Positions 56,636-64,000 of a stretch of DNA of 64,000 bases are shown in pieces. Within the stretch, counting starts at the first letter, position 1, and each line of letters begins with the position of its first letter. Origin of the DNA: Candidatus Dormiibacterota bacterium (GTDB lineage: Bacteria; Chloroflexota; Dormibacteria; Aeolococcales; Bog-877); assembly GCA_035531555.1 (NCBI GenBank), contig DATKSR010000046.1, positions 6,702 to 70,701 on the forward strand, read 5' to 3'. The notes beneath the pieces are model-generated. The model was given only the letters and a program-made list of their open reading frames with translations, did no database searches and had not been told where the DNA came from. Position numbers and translations under genes: made by a program.

Positions 56636-57131
56636 GATCCCTCCGCGATTCTTGCGACCCCGGCAGCTTAGCGGTCGACGGCCGCTCCGTTGGCCGAGGT
56701 TGGACCTGCCTGGTTAGCGTTTGCAGCGGTCGGCTACACCCCGTCGAATCCGCGGTTCGCTCAAGCTCAGATTTGGGGAGTGGACCCGACCGGACAGTTG
56801 GGCCATTCTGCCGATCGCTGCCAAACTGATCTCGAATAGGACCGCCGCCCCCATCCTGCTGATCCGACGATCTCATCGAGTCGGCTCGCGGAGCCATCGC
56901 CAGGACCGCCAGTCGGTTTCAGCCTCGATGATTGAGATCGACGAGCTCAAGCGTCGGCCAGCGACGGCCCCACCCACCCAGGCGAACCGTCAGGCTGGGT
57001 GGCCATTCGCCCTCGCGCCCGCGGTGCAGTCCCGTCTAGACTAGAAGGTGACAGCGTCGTCCGGCCGTCCTGACAGGGCCGCAAGGAAGTCCCTGTCGTG
57101 GCGGTACCCCAAGAAAAAGGAGGGAATGCCC

Positions 57132-57182
57132 ATGCACGAAGGTAGTACTAAACGGACTCTCACAATCTTGGGGACCGACTGA
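57132..57182 (+). CDS. Candidate 16-codon leader ORF (MHEGSTKRTLTILGTD)
   Basis: AAGGAGG (57118-57124) 8 nt upstream of ATG 57132. Stop at 57180-57182 overlaps the GGGGACCG antiterminator-like segment. Speculative. Confidence 0.2.
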   Translation: MHEGSTKRTLTILGTD

Positions 57183-57302
57183 GGCCTGTGGCCGGGACCT
57201 GAACTCTCTCGACGCGCTGGTCACCCACGGATAGCTGGTCCGGGTCAGAAGCCCGGGACCGTGGCCGTCCCGCGTCAGCAGTACTCATTTGGTAAACCCA
57301 AC

Positions 57303-57343
57303 GGCGGGGACTGGAGACCGACTCCGGTCCCCGCTCGTGTTTT
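57303..57343 (+). terminator. Intrinsic terminator 23 nt upstream of the sufU start
   Basis: 14-bp GC-rich stem (57303-57316 pairs with 57322-57335, two G-U pairs), loop ACCGA, then CGUGUUUU. Confidence 0.6.
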
Positions 57344-57365
57344 GAGAGCGGCGTACGATAGCTAG

Positions 57366-57839
57366 GTGGCTCAAGTCAACCCGGTCGGCCTGGACGACGA
57401 ACTCTTCCGCGAGATCATCCTGGATCACTATCGACATCCCCGCCATCGCGGGCTGGTGGAGCCGGCCGACGTCGCCACCCACGGGCACAATCCACTCTGC
57501 GGCGACGAGCTGGACCTCACCCTGCGGGTGCAGGAGGGGCAGGTAGAGGCCGTGGGATTCGAGGGACAGGGTTGCTCGATCTCAATGGCCGCCGCCTCGA
57601 TGATGAGCGAGGAGATCCAGGGCAAGACGGTCACCGACACCAAGGATTTGATCACCCGCTTCCGCGCCATGTTGCTGGAGGGTCAGGACCCGACTTCCGT
57701 GGGGGACATTGGAGACCTGGAGGCACTGGCTGGCGTGCGTCGCTACGCGGCCCGGATCAAGTGCGCGATGTTGCCTTGGAGCGCATTGGAGGCGGGGTTG
57801 TCCCAGTTGGAGGGAGTTGATGGCCGAATCGATGACTGA
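57366..57839 (+). CDS. sufU: SufU/IscU-like Fe-S sulfur-transfer scaffold
   Basis: ILDHYRHPRH, NPLCGDEL, GQGCSIS, KCAMLPW. Confidence 0.9.
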   Translation: MAQVNPVGLDDELFREIILDHYRHPRHRGLVEPADVATHGHNPLCGDELDLTLRVQEGQVEAVGFEGQGCSISMAAASMMSEEIQGKTVTDTKDLITRFRAMLLEGQDPTSVGDIGDLEALAGVRRYAARIKCAMLPWSALEAGLSQLEGVDGRIDD

Positions 57840-58197
57840 GTCGGAAGAGGTGGCGCCGGCGACCGCTGAGGTGCAGCCTGCCGCAGGCCCGATGGCGACG
57901 GGCGATGACGTTCACGAGGCGCTGCGCGAGGTGATCGATCCCGAGCTGGGGCTGGATATCGTCAGCCTGGGACTGGTCTACCGGGTGACCGTCGACAAGG
58001 ATGGCGACGCCGTGGTGGCGATGACCCTGACCACTCCCTACTGCCCGATGGGGCCGATGCTGGAGTCCCAGGTGCACGCCGCCACCCAGTTTCTGCCCGG
58101 GATCCGCGACGTCAAAGTCGACCTGATCTGGGACCCGCCCTGGGACCCCCACACCATGGCCTCGGACGAGGCCAAGCTGGAGCTCGGCCTCTACTAG
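57820..58197 (+). CDS. sufT: DUF59/MIP18-family Fe-S assembly protein SufT
   Basis: C-terminal part of ORF 57709..58197, ATG 57820. DPELGLDIVSLGLVY, TLTTPYCPM. Confidence 0.8.
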   Translation: MAESMTESEEVAPATAEVQPAAGPMATGDDVHEALREVIDPELGLDIVSLGLVYRVTVDKDGDAVVAMTLTTPYCPMGPMLESQVHAATQFLPGIRDVKVDLIWDPPWDPHTMASDEAKLELGLY

Positions 58198-58787
58198 GGG
58201 CGGGGCAGCTCCCCGCCGTTCGAGCGTCCGGTCAACTTCCAGGCCGCCGGGAGCAGGGCTGCAGCCAGTAACGCCTTCAGGGCGTCGCCCAACAGGAAGG
58301 GGGTTACCCCGAGCGAGAGCGCCTGGGACGCGCCCACGTGGAGCCGCCAGGCCAGCCAGGTGGCGCCGAATAGATAGATGACGGCGTTCCCCGCAACCAG
58401 CGCCACAATCACGGTCAAGGGGTGGCGGTCGAACCCCTGACGGGCGAGTTGACCCAGGACGCAGGCGGCGAAGACGAAGCCGATCACATAGCCGAAGCTG
58501 GGAGCCGAGAGCATCGACATCCCGTGGTCCCCGCCAGCGAACCAAGGCACTCCCACCAGGCCCAGGACCAGGTAGAGGAGCATTCCGGCGGCGCCCCGGC
58601 GAGTGCCGACCGCCAGGCCGCCCAGTAGGACGGCGAAGGTTTGACCGGTAATCGGCACGGGAGTGAAGGGAAGCCGAATCGAGAGCTGAGCCGAGAGTCC
58701 AACCAGGCCTGCGTAGCCCACGACCACCAGCACGTCCCGCACTCGCTCCCCAGGGATTAGGTCGGCCAGGACTGGCCGAGGGCGCAC
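58194..58787 (-). CDS. bioY: Biotin transporter BioY (ECF S-component)
   Basis: C-terminal 197 aa of ORF 58194..59087. SIRLPFTPVPITGQTFAVLL, SFGYVIGF, GDALKALLAA. Start at GTG 58787. Confidence 0.8.
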   Translation of the reverse strand: MRPRPVLADLIPGERVRDVLVVVGYAGLVGLSAQLSIRLPFTPVPITGQTFAVLLGGLAVGTRRGAAGMLLYLVLGLVGVPWFAGGDHGMSMLSAPSFGYVIGFVFAACVLGQLARQGFDRHPLTVIVALVAGNAVIYLFGATWLAWRLHVGASQALSLGVTPFLLGDALKALLAAALLPAAWKLTGRSNGGELPRP

Positions 58788-58849
58788 GGAGGCGGCGACA
58801 TGCAGCACGGCGAGCGACGCTACCGGGATGCACAGCTGCCTGTCAACAC

Positions 58850-58878
58850 GCGAGCGGTCGACCTGCGAGCGGTCGACC
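58850..58878. repeat. Tandem direct repeat GCGAGCGGTCGACC x2 (1-nt spacer), each with a GGTCGACC palindrome
   Basis: Read directly, in the bioY / ABC-transporter divergent intergenic region. Confidence 0.9.
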
Positions 58879-59036
58879 CGGTCCGCGGAGCAATTCGAAT
58901 GCGCAGTGTTAGCCCAGCGGCGGACCGGATGCCCGATCATGGGGAGGTGGGCATTGGAGACCCCTCCGCTCAAGGGCTCGATTCGGCCGGGAGTGAGAGG
59001 CAGACTCCAGAGATCGAAGCCACTGTGGCCACCGCG

Positions 59037-59972
59037 ATGAGTCCTCCACCAGAAGGGAGCGGCGCACCGACGGTGCTGGCCGCCCACGACCTGGGTAAGC
59101 GGTTTGGCTCCAAGGTCGCGGTGGAGAACCTAAACCTGGAGGTGCACGCGGGCGAGATCTTCGGATTCCTCGGCCCGAACGGGGCAGGCAAGACCACCAC
59201 CATGCGGATGGCGCTGGGGCTGATCCGACCCACCTCCGGGTGGGTTGAGGTCTTTGGCCAGGATGTGGCCCGCAACGGGGCCGCCGTCCTTTCCAAGGTC
59301 GGGCCGCTGGTGGAGACGCCGGCGCTCTATCTTCATCTCAGCGGCCGGGACAACCTGCGGGTCTTCGCCGCACCGCTGGGAGGAGTTCCCGGCGGGCGGA
59401 TCGACTCGCTCTTGGAGTTGGTGGACCTCCGTGACCGCCAGCGGGACAAGGTCAGGACCTACTCCCTTGGGATGAGGCAGCGACTGGGGCTCGCGATTGC
59501 GCTGCTTCATGATCCGGAACTGCTGGTCTTGGACGAGCCGGCCAATGGCCTCGACCCGGCCGGTATCAAGGCGATCCGCTCACTCCTCCGAGGGCTTCGA
59601 GATTCGGGCAAGACCGTCTTCATCTCCAGCCATGTCTTGGGCGAGGTGGAGAGGCTCTGCGACCGGGTGGCCATCCTTCGTCAAGGCAAGCTGGTCCAGG
59701 TAGGGCGGATCGCGGACTTTCGGGATTCCACTGGGCCCTTCCTGGTCGACGTCGAGGACGCCCAGGGGGCGCTGGACCTGCTCAACTGCCAGCCCTGGGG
59801 GAAGAACGCCCGATTGGACACCCAGGGCCGGATCGTCACCGAGGCGCCGGCGGGCCGGGGGCGAGATCTCAACTCCATGTTGAGCCAGGCTGGGTTCGTA
59901 CCGGACGGAATCGCCCGGCAGCAACGGGACCTTGAGGAGATCTTCCTGGAGCTGACCGGGGACGGCCAGTGA
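59037..59972 (+). CDS. ABC transporter ATP-binding protein
   Basis: C-terminal 311 aa of ORF 58800..59972. GPNGAGKTTT, YSLGMRQRLG, LLVLDEPANGLD. Confidence 0.85.
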   Translation: MSPPPEGSGAPTVLAAHDLGKRFGSKVAVENLNLEVHAGEIFGFLGPNGAGKTTTMRMALGLIRPTSGWVEVFGQDVARNGAAVLSKVGPLVETPALYLHLSGRDNLRVFAAPLGGVPGGRIDSLLELVDLRDRQRDKVRTYSLGMRQRLGLAIALLHDPELLVLDEPANGLDPAGIKAIRSLLRGLRDSGKTVFISSHVLGEVERLCDRVAILRQGKLVQVGRIADFRDSTGPFLVDVEDAQGALDLLNCQPWGKNARLDTQGRIVTEAPAGRGRDLNSMLSQAGFVPDGIARQQRDLEEIFLELTGDGQ

Positions 59973-60883
59973 CTACCCCCGCGGTTCCCTTGCCAGGGCT
60001 GCCCAGCAGCCGACCGGCGCGCCCCACGTTCAACGGCGCTCTTCGGGGCGAGCTCTACAAGGTGCGACGCAACCGCCCCACCGTGGTGATGACGGCTCTG
60101 GCCCTCGTGTTCCTCACCCTGGTCATGCTTCTCTACGCGACCGAGCCGCAGTTTCAGGTGTCGCTAACCCAACACCCCCTGTCCGGCTTCTACAGCATCC
60201 TGCATCCCCTGGAACTCTTCTTCACGGCGGGCGGCGGGATCGTGATGCTGTTGACCGGATCGAGGCTGCTGGGGATGGAATACGACCTAGGCACGGTTCG
60301 GGTACTTTTCTCTCGCGGCACCGGCCGCCAGCAACTGCTTGCCGCCAAGATCGCGGCGCTGTCCCTCTATGCCATGCTGCTTTTGGTGGGTATCGCAGCG
60401 TTAGCGGCGCTTGGCACGGTGGTGGTGGTGGAGCATCAGACCGGATCACTGTCGGCGCTGCAGGGTCTACCGGTCGCCGCGTGGGAGAACGTGGGGTTGG
60501 CGATCCTCTCCTGCGCGATAAGTGAATTCTCCTGCATATTGCTCTCGGTAGCGATGGCGGCACTGCTGCGCTCGGTGACCGGCGGGATGCTGCTGGCCAT
60601 GCTTTTCTTCCCGATTGACAACGGCTTGTCGATGGCGCTCAACCAGCTCACCGCCATCACCAAGTCGAATGTTTGGAAGGACGTGACCGCCTTTCTTTTC
60701 GGTCCGAACCTCAACCATCTACCCACCCTGTTACAGGTGCACCAGTCGGCGGCGGTCAGCACGCTCACCACCCCCGCGGTGCCGACCTCGCTGGTCGAGA
60801 CGGTAGTCGTGATCGCGGCTTGGTGGCTGGCCTTGCTGATCGTCGCCATGACGTCACTGGCACGCAACGACGTGCTCAGCTGA
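59969..60883 (+). CDS. ABC-2 type transporter permease
   Basis: 304 aa, about 6 hydrophobic segments. 4-nt overlap with the ATPase gene. Confidence 0.65.
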   Translation: MTTPAVPLPGLPSSRPARPTFNGALRGELYKVRRNRPTVVMTALALVFLTLVMLLYATEPQFQVSLTQHPLSGFYSILHPLELFFTAGGGIVMLLTGSRLLGMEYDLGTVRVLFSRGTGRQQLLAAKIAALSLYAMLLLVGIAALAALGTVVVVEHQTGSLSALQGLPVAAWENVGLAILSCAISEFSCILLSVAMAALLRSVTGGMLLAMLFFPIDNGLSMALNQLTAITKSNVWKDVTAFLFGPNLNHLPTLLQVHQSAAVSTLTTPAVPTSLVETVVVIAAWWLALLIVAMTSLARNDVLS

Positions 60884-60938
60884 GTCGCTTTCCGGCAGCA
60901 GTGACGGCTGCTGGGCGTGCGGTGGAGACAGCAACGAC

Positions 60939-61547
60939 ATGAGTATTCCGCGCTACCAGCCTGGCGAAAATGAGCGCCGGTCGCTGGAGAGTTACCTGGA
61001 TTTGCTTTACAGCGAATCGAGCCGGGTAAACCTGACTCGGGTTCCGCGGGAGCAGGCGTGGACCCGCCACATCGAGGAATCGCTGGCCCTCGTCCCGCTC
61101 CGCCGGTGGTCTGCCGGCGAGCGCGTGCTCGACCTAGGTAGCGGCGCCGGTATCCCCGGCATCCCGCTCGCGATCACCCAGCCCGCGGTGTCGGTCGGGT
61201 TGATCGAGCGAGATCGCTCGAAGGCGGCGTTTCTGTCCCGTTGTGTCGAGACGCTCGGCCTGTCGGCGGTCGGGGTGCTGGGACAAGACGCCCTGGAACT
61301 TGCGCGAAGCAAGGGGTTCGCGGCCGCGGACGTGCTGGTATCCAGGGCGGCCGTGCCGCCCCAGGACCTCTTTCGTACTGCCGGCCGGTTGCTGCGGACC
61401 GGGGGCGAGGGTTTGGTGCACGTCGGCGGCGCGGTGAGCCTTGACGCGGACCTTGCCCTAGCCGCGCGTCGGGCTGGGGTGGGCGATCTCCGTCTGGAGA
61501 CCTCGGGACGCAGCCGCATACTCCGGTTCCGGCGCCTGCCTGGTTAG
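60939..61547 (+). CDS. rsmG: 16S rRNA (guanine527-N7)-methyltransferase
   Basis: LDLGSGAGIPGIPLAI SAM motif, 202 aa. Confidence 0.85.
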   Translation: MSIPRYQPGENERRSLESYLDLLYSESSRVNLTRVPREQAWTRHIEESLALVPLRRWSAGERVLDLGSGAGIPGIPLAITQPAVSVGLIERDRSKAAFLSRCVETLGLSAVGVLGQDALELARSKGFAAADVLVSRAAVPPQDLFRTAGRLLRTGGEGLVHVGGAVSLDADLALAARRAGVGDLRLETSGRSRILRFRRLPG

Positions 61548-62740
61548 CGGGAAGGGTCCGCCAAGCAGATTCTTCCGGCCCGCCAGACCTGTAGGGGCCG
61601 GAGGTCCGGGCTCCAGCCAAAGCCACCCTCGTGATCGGTGTCCCAGAGCACCAGGTCAGCCGACTTCCCGGCCACGATCTGACCGCGATCAGCCAGCCCC
61701 AGGGAGAGGGCGCCGCCGAGAGTGGCGGCGGTAAGCGCCTGCTCGACGCTGAGTCCCAACTCGGTGATGGCCAGCCAGACGACCATGCTCATGGAGGTGG
61801 CTCCCGAGGTCCCGGGATTGTGGTCGCTGCCCAGGGCCACGCGCGCCCCGGCAGCGACCAGTTCGCGGGCGGGCGGCGTCCGGCCCATCGCCAGGGCGGT
61901 CACGGGGCAGAGCGTGGCCACCGTCGCGGATCGGGCCAGAGCCGCGATCTGGACAGCGCCAATGCACAACAGATGGTCGGCCGAGACTGCCCCCAGCTCC
62001 ACGGCCAGCTCCGTCCCCCCGGTTAGCGCCAGCTCGTCGGCGTGGATGCGCAACTCCAGCCCGGCGTCCTGGGCGGCGCGCAGGAACTGCGCGGACTCGA
62101 CCACCGTGAAGGCTCCCTGGTCGCAAAAAACATCAGCAAAACGTGCCCCTTCCCGACGGGCCTCGCCACTCCAGCCGCTGACCTCGTCGACGAAGTCTTG
62201 GCGTCGGCCGTCGAACTCTTCGGGGAGCGCGTGCGCGCCCAGGAAACTCACCACCAGCTCGGGCAGGAGAAGATCAGCCGACAGCGCGTGCAGCAGTCGG
62301 ACGGCGCGCAGTTCACCCTCTTGCTCCAGCCAGTACCCGGTCTTGGCCTCGACGGTGGTGGTCCCCGCCTGCAGCCAGTTTTGTAACCGCTCCCTCACCC
62401 CCAGCTCCAACTCGACCCACGAGGCGTCTCTGGTATCTCTGACCGTGGCCCGGATCCCGCCCCCGCGGGCCGCGATCTCCGCATAGCTGGCTCCGGTCGA
62501 TCGCTCGGCGACCTCTGCGAGACGGGCCTTGGCGTAGAGCGGATGCGTGTGGGCATCGACGAGCCCTGCGGTGAGCAGCGCTCCGTGGCAGTCGAAGGTC
62601 TCGGCGTCGGCTGCTCCTGGCAAGGTGCCGCTCCGACCGATCGCGAGGATGGAGCCTTCGCCGAGCAGGACATCAACTTTCTCTCCGACCGGCTGACCTG
62701 CGGTGAATAGCCGACCCACGTGGGCAAGCAGGGTCTTCAT
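61544..62740 (-). CDS. hutI: Imidazolonepropionase
   Basis: C-terminal 398 aa of ORF 61544..63073, ATG 62740. GLVDAHTHP, ALGSDHNPG. Confidence 0.85.
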   Translation of the reverse strand: MKTLLAHVGRLFTAGQPVGEKVDVLLGEGSILAIGRSGTLPGAADAETFDCHGALLTAGLVDAHTHPLYAKARLAEVAERSTGASYAEIAARGGGIRATVRDTRDASWVELELGVRERLQNWLQAGTTTVEAKTGYWLEQEGELRAVRLLHALSADLLLPELVVSFLGAHALPEEFDGRRQDFVDEVSGWSGEARREGARFADVFCDQGAFTVVESAQFLRAAQDAGLELRIHADELALTGGTELAVELGAVSADHLLCIGAVQIAALARSATVATLCPVTALAMGRTPPARELVAAGARVALGSDHNPGTSGATSMSMVVWLAITELGLSVEQALTAATLGGALSLGLADRGQIVAGKSADLVLWDTDHEGGFGWSPDLRPLQVWRAGRICLADPSR

Positions 62741-62748
62741 GCCGACCC

Positions 62749-64000
62749 CTAGTCCAGCGCCTTGCGCCAGGCCGGTTCCAGCTCGGCGAGTACCTTCGCC
62801 AGCTTCTCCGCCACACTCCCCAGCCTCAGGTGCCGGCCGTCCCGGACCACCTGATCGCCCCCCACCACCACGGAGTGGACGTCGGCGGCGCTGGCTCCAA
62901 AAACCACCCGTGGGAGGAGGTCGGCTAGGCCCGCCCCGGCCAGTCGGGGAGTGGATAGCTCCAGGCTCGTGAAGTCGGCGAGGAGACCTGGCCGCAGCGC
63001 GCCGGCCTCCCATCCCAGCGCCGCCATCCCTTGGGCAGTGGTCGCCTGCAGCAGGTCCCCGGAACTGAGCCACCCCCGGCGGCCGGTCACCAGTCGCCGG
63101 TCAAGCTCGATCGCCCGGGCCTCCTCGAACAGATCCACGATGCCGTTGCTGTCGGAGCCCACACAGAGCGGGCTGCCCGCCGCCTGGAGCTCATCCGCCG
63201 GACAGACGCCATCGGCCAGGTCCCGCTCGGTGGTGGGGCAGACGCAGATTCTGGTCCCCGTCTCGCCCAGTCGGGCGATGTCGCTCTTCGTCAGGTGGAT
63301 GGCGTGGACCGCGGTCGTACGGGCGCCCAGGACCTCGCAGGCGTCCACCAGCTCGGTGGGCGTCAGGCCGGTTGACTTCAGGCAGGCGGCGTTCTCCGCT
63401 GGCTGTTCCGAGAGATGGAGGTGCAGCGGCGCCTGCCTCTCGGCGGCCCACCCCGCCACCACCCTCATGGATGCCTGGTCCACGGCTCTCACGCTGTGGA
63501 TCGCGGCACCGCGGCGAACCTGGGCGCCGTCGGCCAACCGATCTGACCGCCGAGCCCAGGCCTTGGCGTCCTCATCGGTGAACCGGAGCGCGGCACCCGC
63601 TAGAGGGTCTCCGTCGAAACCGGAGCGGAGGTAGCAGGTGTCGAGCAGGGTAAGGCGCAGCCCGGACTCGGTGGCGGCGGCGACCAGTGCATCCTCCATC
63701 TCGGGCCTCTGATACGGTCGGCCGCCGGGCTGGTGGTGGAGGTAGTGAAACTCCCCAACCGCCGTGATCCCCGCGAGCGTCATCTCCGCCATCGTCGCTC
63801 GGGAAAGCTCGAAGTACTGGTCGGGCTCCAGAAAGGAGGCCAGGGCATACATCTGGCGCCGCCACTCCCAGAAGTCGTTCCCTCCTTGGTCGGGCGCCTG
63901 GCAGCGGCCCCGTAAGGCCCGATGGAAGGCGTGAGAGTGGACGTTGGCCAGCCCCGGCAGGGTCAGGCCGGAGAGCACTCTGGCTCCCGGGGGGGCCTGG
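62749..64000 (-). CDS. hutF: Formimidoylglutamate deiminase-like amidohydrolase (5' end probably beyond window)
   Basis: LPGLANVHSHAFHRALRG, HLSEQ, VGSDSN. In-frame sequence continues upstream of M at 63978 to the window end. Confidence 0.75.
   Translation of the reverse strand, partial: QAPPGARVLSGLTLPGLANVHSHAFHRALRGRCQAPDQGGNDFWEWRRQMYALASFLEPDQYFELSRATMAEMTLAGITAVGEFHYLHHQPGGRPYQRPEMEDALVAAATESGLRLTLLDTCYLRSGFDGDPLAGAALRFTDEDAKAWARRSDRLADGAQVRRGAAIHSVRAVDQASMRVVAGWAAERQAPLHLHLSEQPAENAACLKSTGLTPTELVDACEVLGARTTAVHAIHLTKSDIARLGETGTRICVCPTTERDLADGVCPADELQAAGSPLCVGSDSNGIVDLFEEARAIELDRRLVTGRRGWLSSGDLLQATTAQGMAALGWEAGALRPGLLADFTSLELSTPRLAGAGLADLLPRVVFGASAADVHSVVVGGDQVVRDGRHLRLGSVAEKLAKVLAELEPAWRKALD

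Noticed and set aside
56739-56751. Minus-strand GGATTCGACGGGG, which resembles the conserved 5' segment of tmRNA (ssrA).
   Set aside because: A 350-400 nt tmRNA starting here would run into the well-supported BNR coding sequence. No tRNA-Ala-like 3' end (GGTTCGA...TCCACCA) and no tag ORF ending in ...AA* could be found. Treated as a chance match.
56636-57040. Considered a Moco riboswitch in the long 5' region of the BNR/MoaD-like operon (minus strand).
   Set aside because: I could not find the conserved Moco-motif elements from memory with any confidence. Needs a covariance-model scan, so not claimed.
56478-57044. ORFs 56478-56897(-) and 56721-57044(+) inside the sufU upstream region.
   Set aside because: Arg/Pro/Ser-rich, no motifs. 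One overlaps the BNR N-terminus out of frame. Treated as non-coding.
57072-57097. Hairpin GACAGGGCC-GCAA-GGAAGUCCCUGUC, with some likeness to SRP RNA domain IV.
   Set aside because: Lacks the conserved AGCAGC and GGUCAGG elements and the flanking helix 5. Similarity is limited to a GNRA loop and GGAAG.
58850-58878. Checked whether the direct repeats could be a minimal CRISPR array or mobile-element end.
   Set aside because: Only two 14-bp copies separated by 1 nt, with no spacers, no cas genes, and no transposase or inverted terminal repeats nearby.

Overview
High-GC bacterial chromosome segment centred on the replication origin. rpmH-rnpA-yidD-yidC-jag lie on the minus strand and diverge from dnaA-dnaN-recF-DUF721(DciA-like) on the plus strand. 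parS-parA-parB sit about 8 kb to the left. A close MshA look-alike, TTGTCCACA-like DnaA boxes and many leaderless-type promoters suggest an actinobacterial-type lineage; this is inference, not proof. The rest is densely packed, mostly housekeeping. It includes a glycine-cleavage operon plus pyrE, zwf, FemAB-family paralogues, an NfeD/stomatin pair, envelope glycosyltransferases, folK/folP, an EF-G paralogue, pirin, an NRAMP transporter, two cysteine desulfurases, a complete suf Fe-S cluster, bioY, an ABC-2 exporter, rsmG and hutI/hutF. I saw no rRNA, tRNA, CRISPR array, transposase, integrase or phage genes. I could not identify a clear new multi-gene system. The best candidates for a second look are: (1) a truncated, degenerate sigma-70-like protein translationally coupled to gcvT; (2) a MoaD-like protein ending GG-Cys coupled to a BNR beta-propeller, inserted antisense into the suf cluster; (3) the adjacent 0.73-kb non-coding region with a strong terminator and alternative pairing just upstream of sufU; (4) a DUF4388 / Ig-propeller lipoprotein / membrane-protein operon. 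rpmH is missing from the ORF track and appears to start at AUC. All homology calls are by-eye motif recognition; no searches were run. Gene starts that I moved from the ORF track are stated in the evidence fields.
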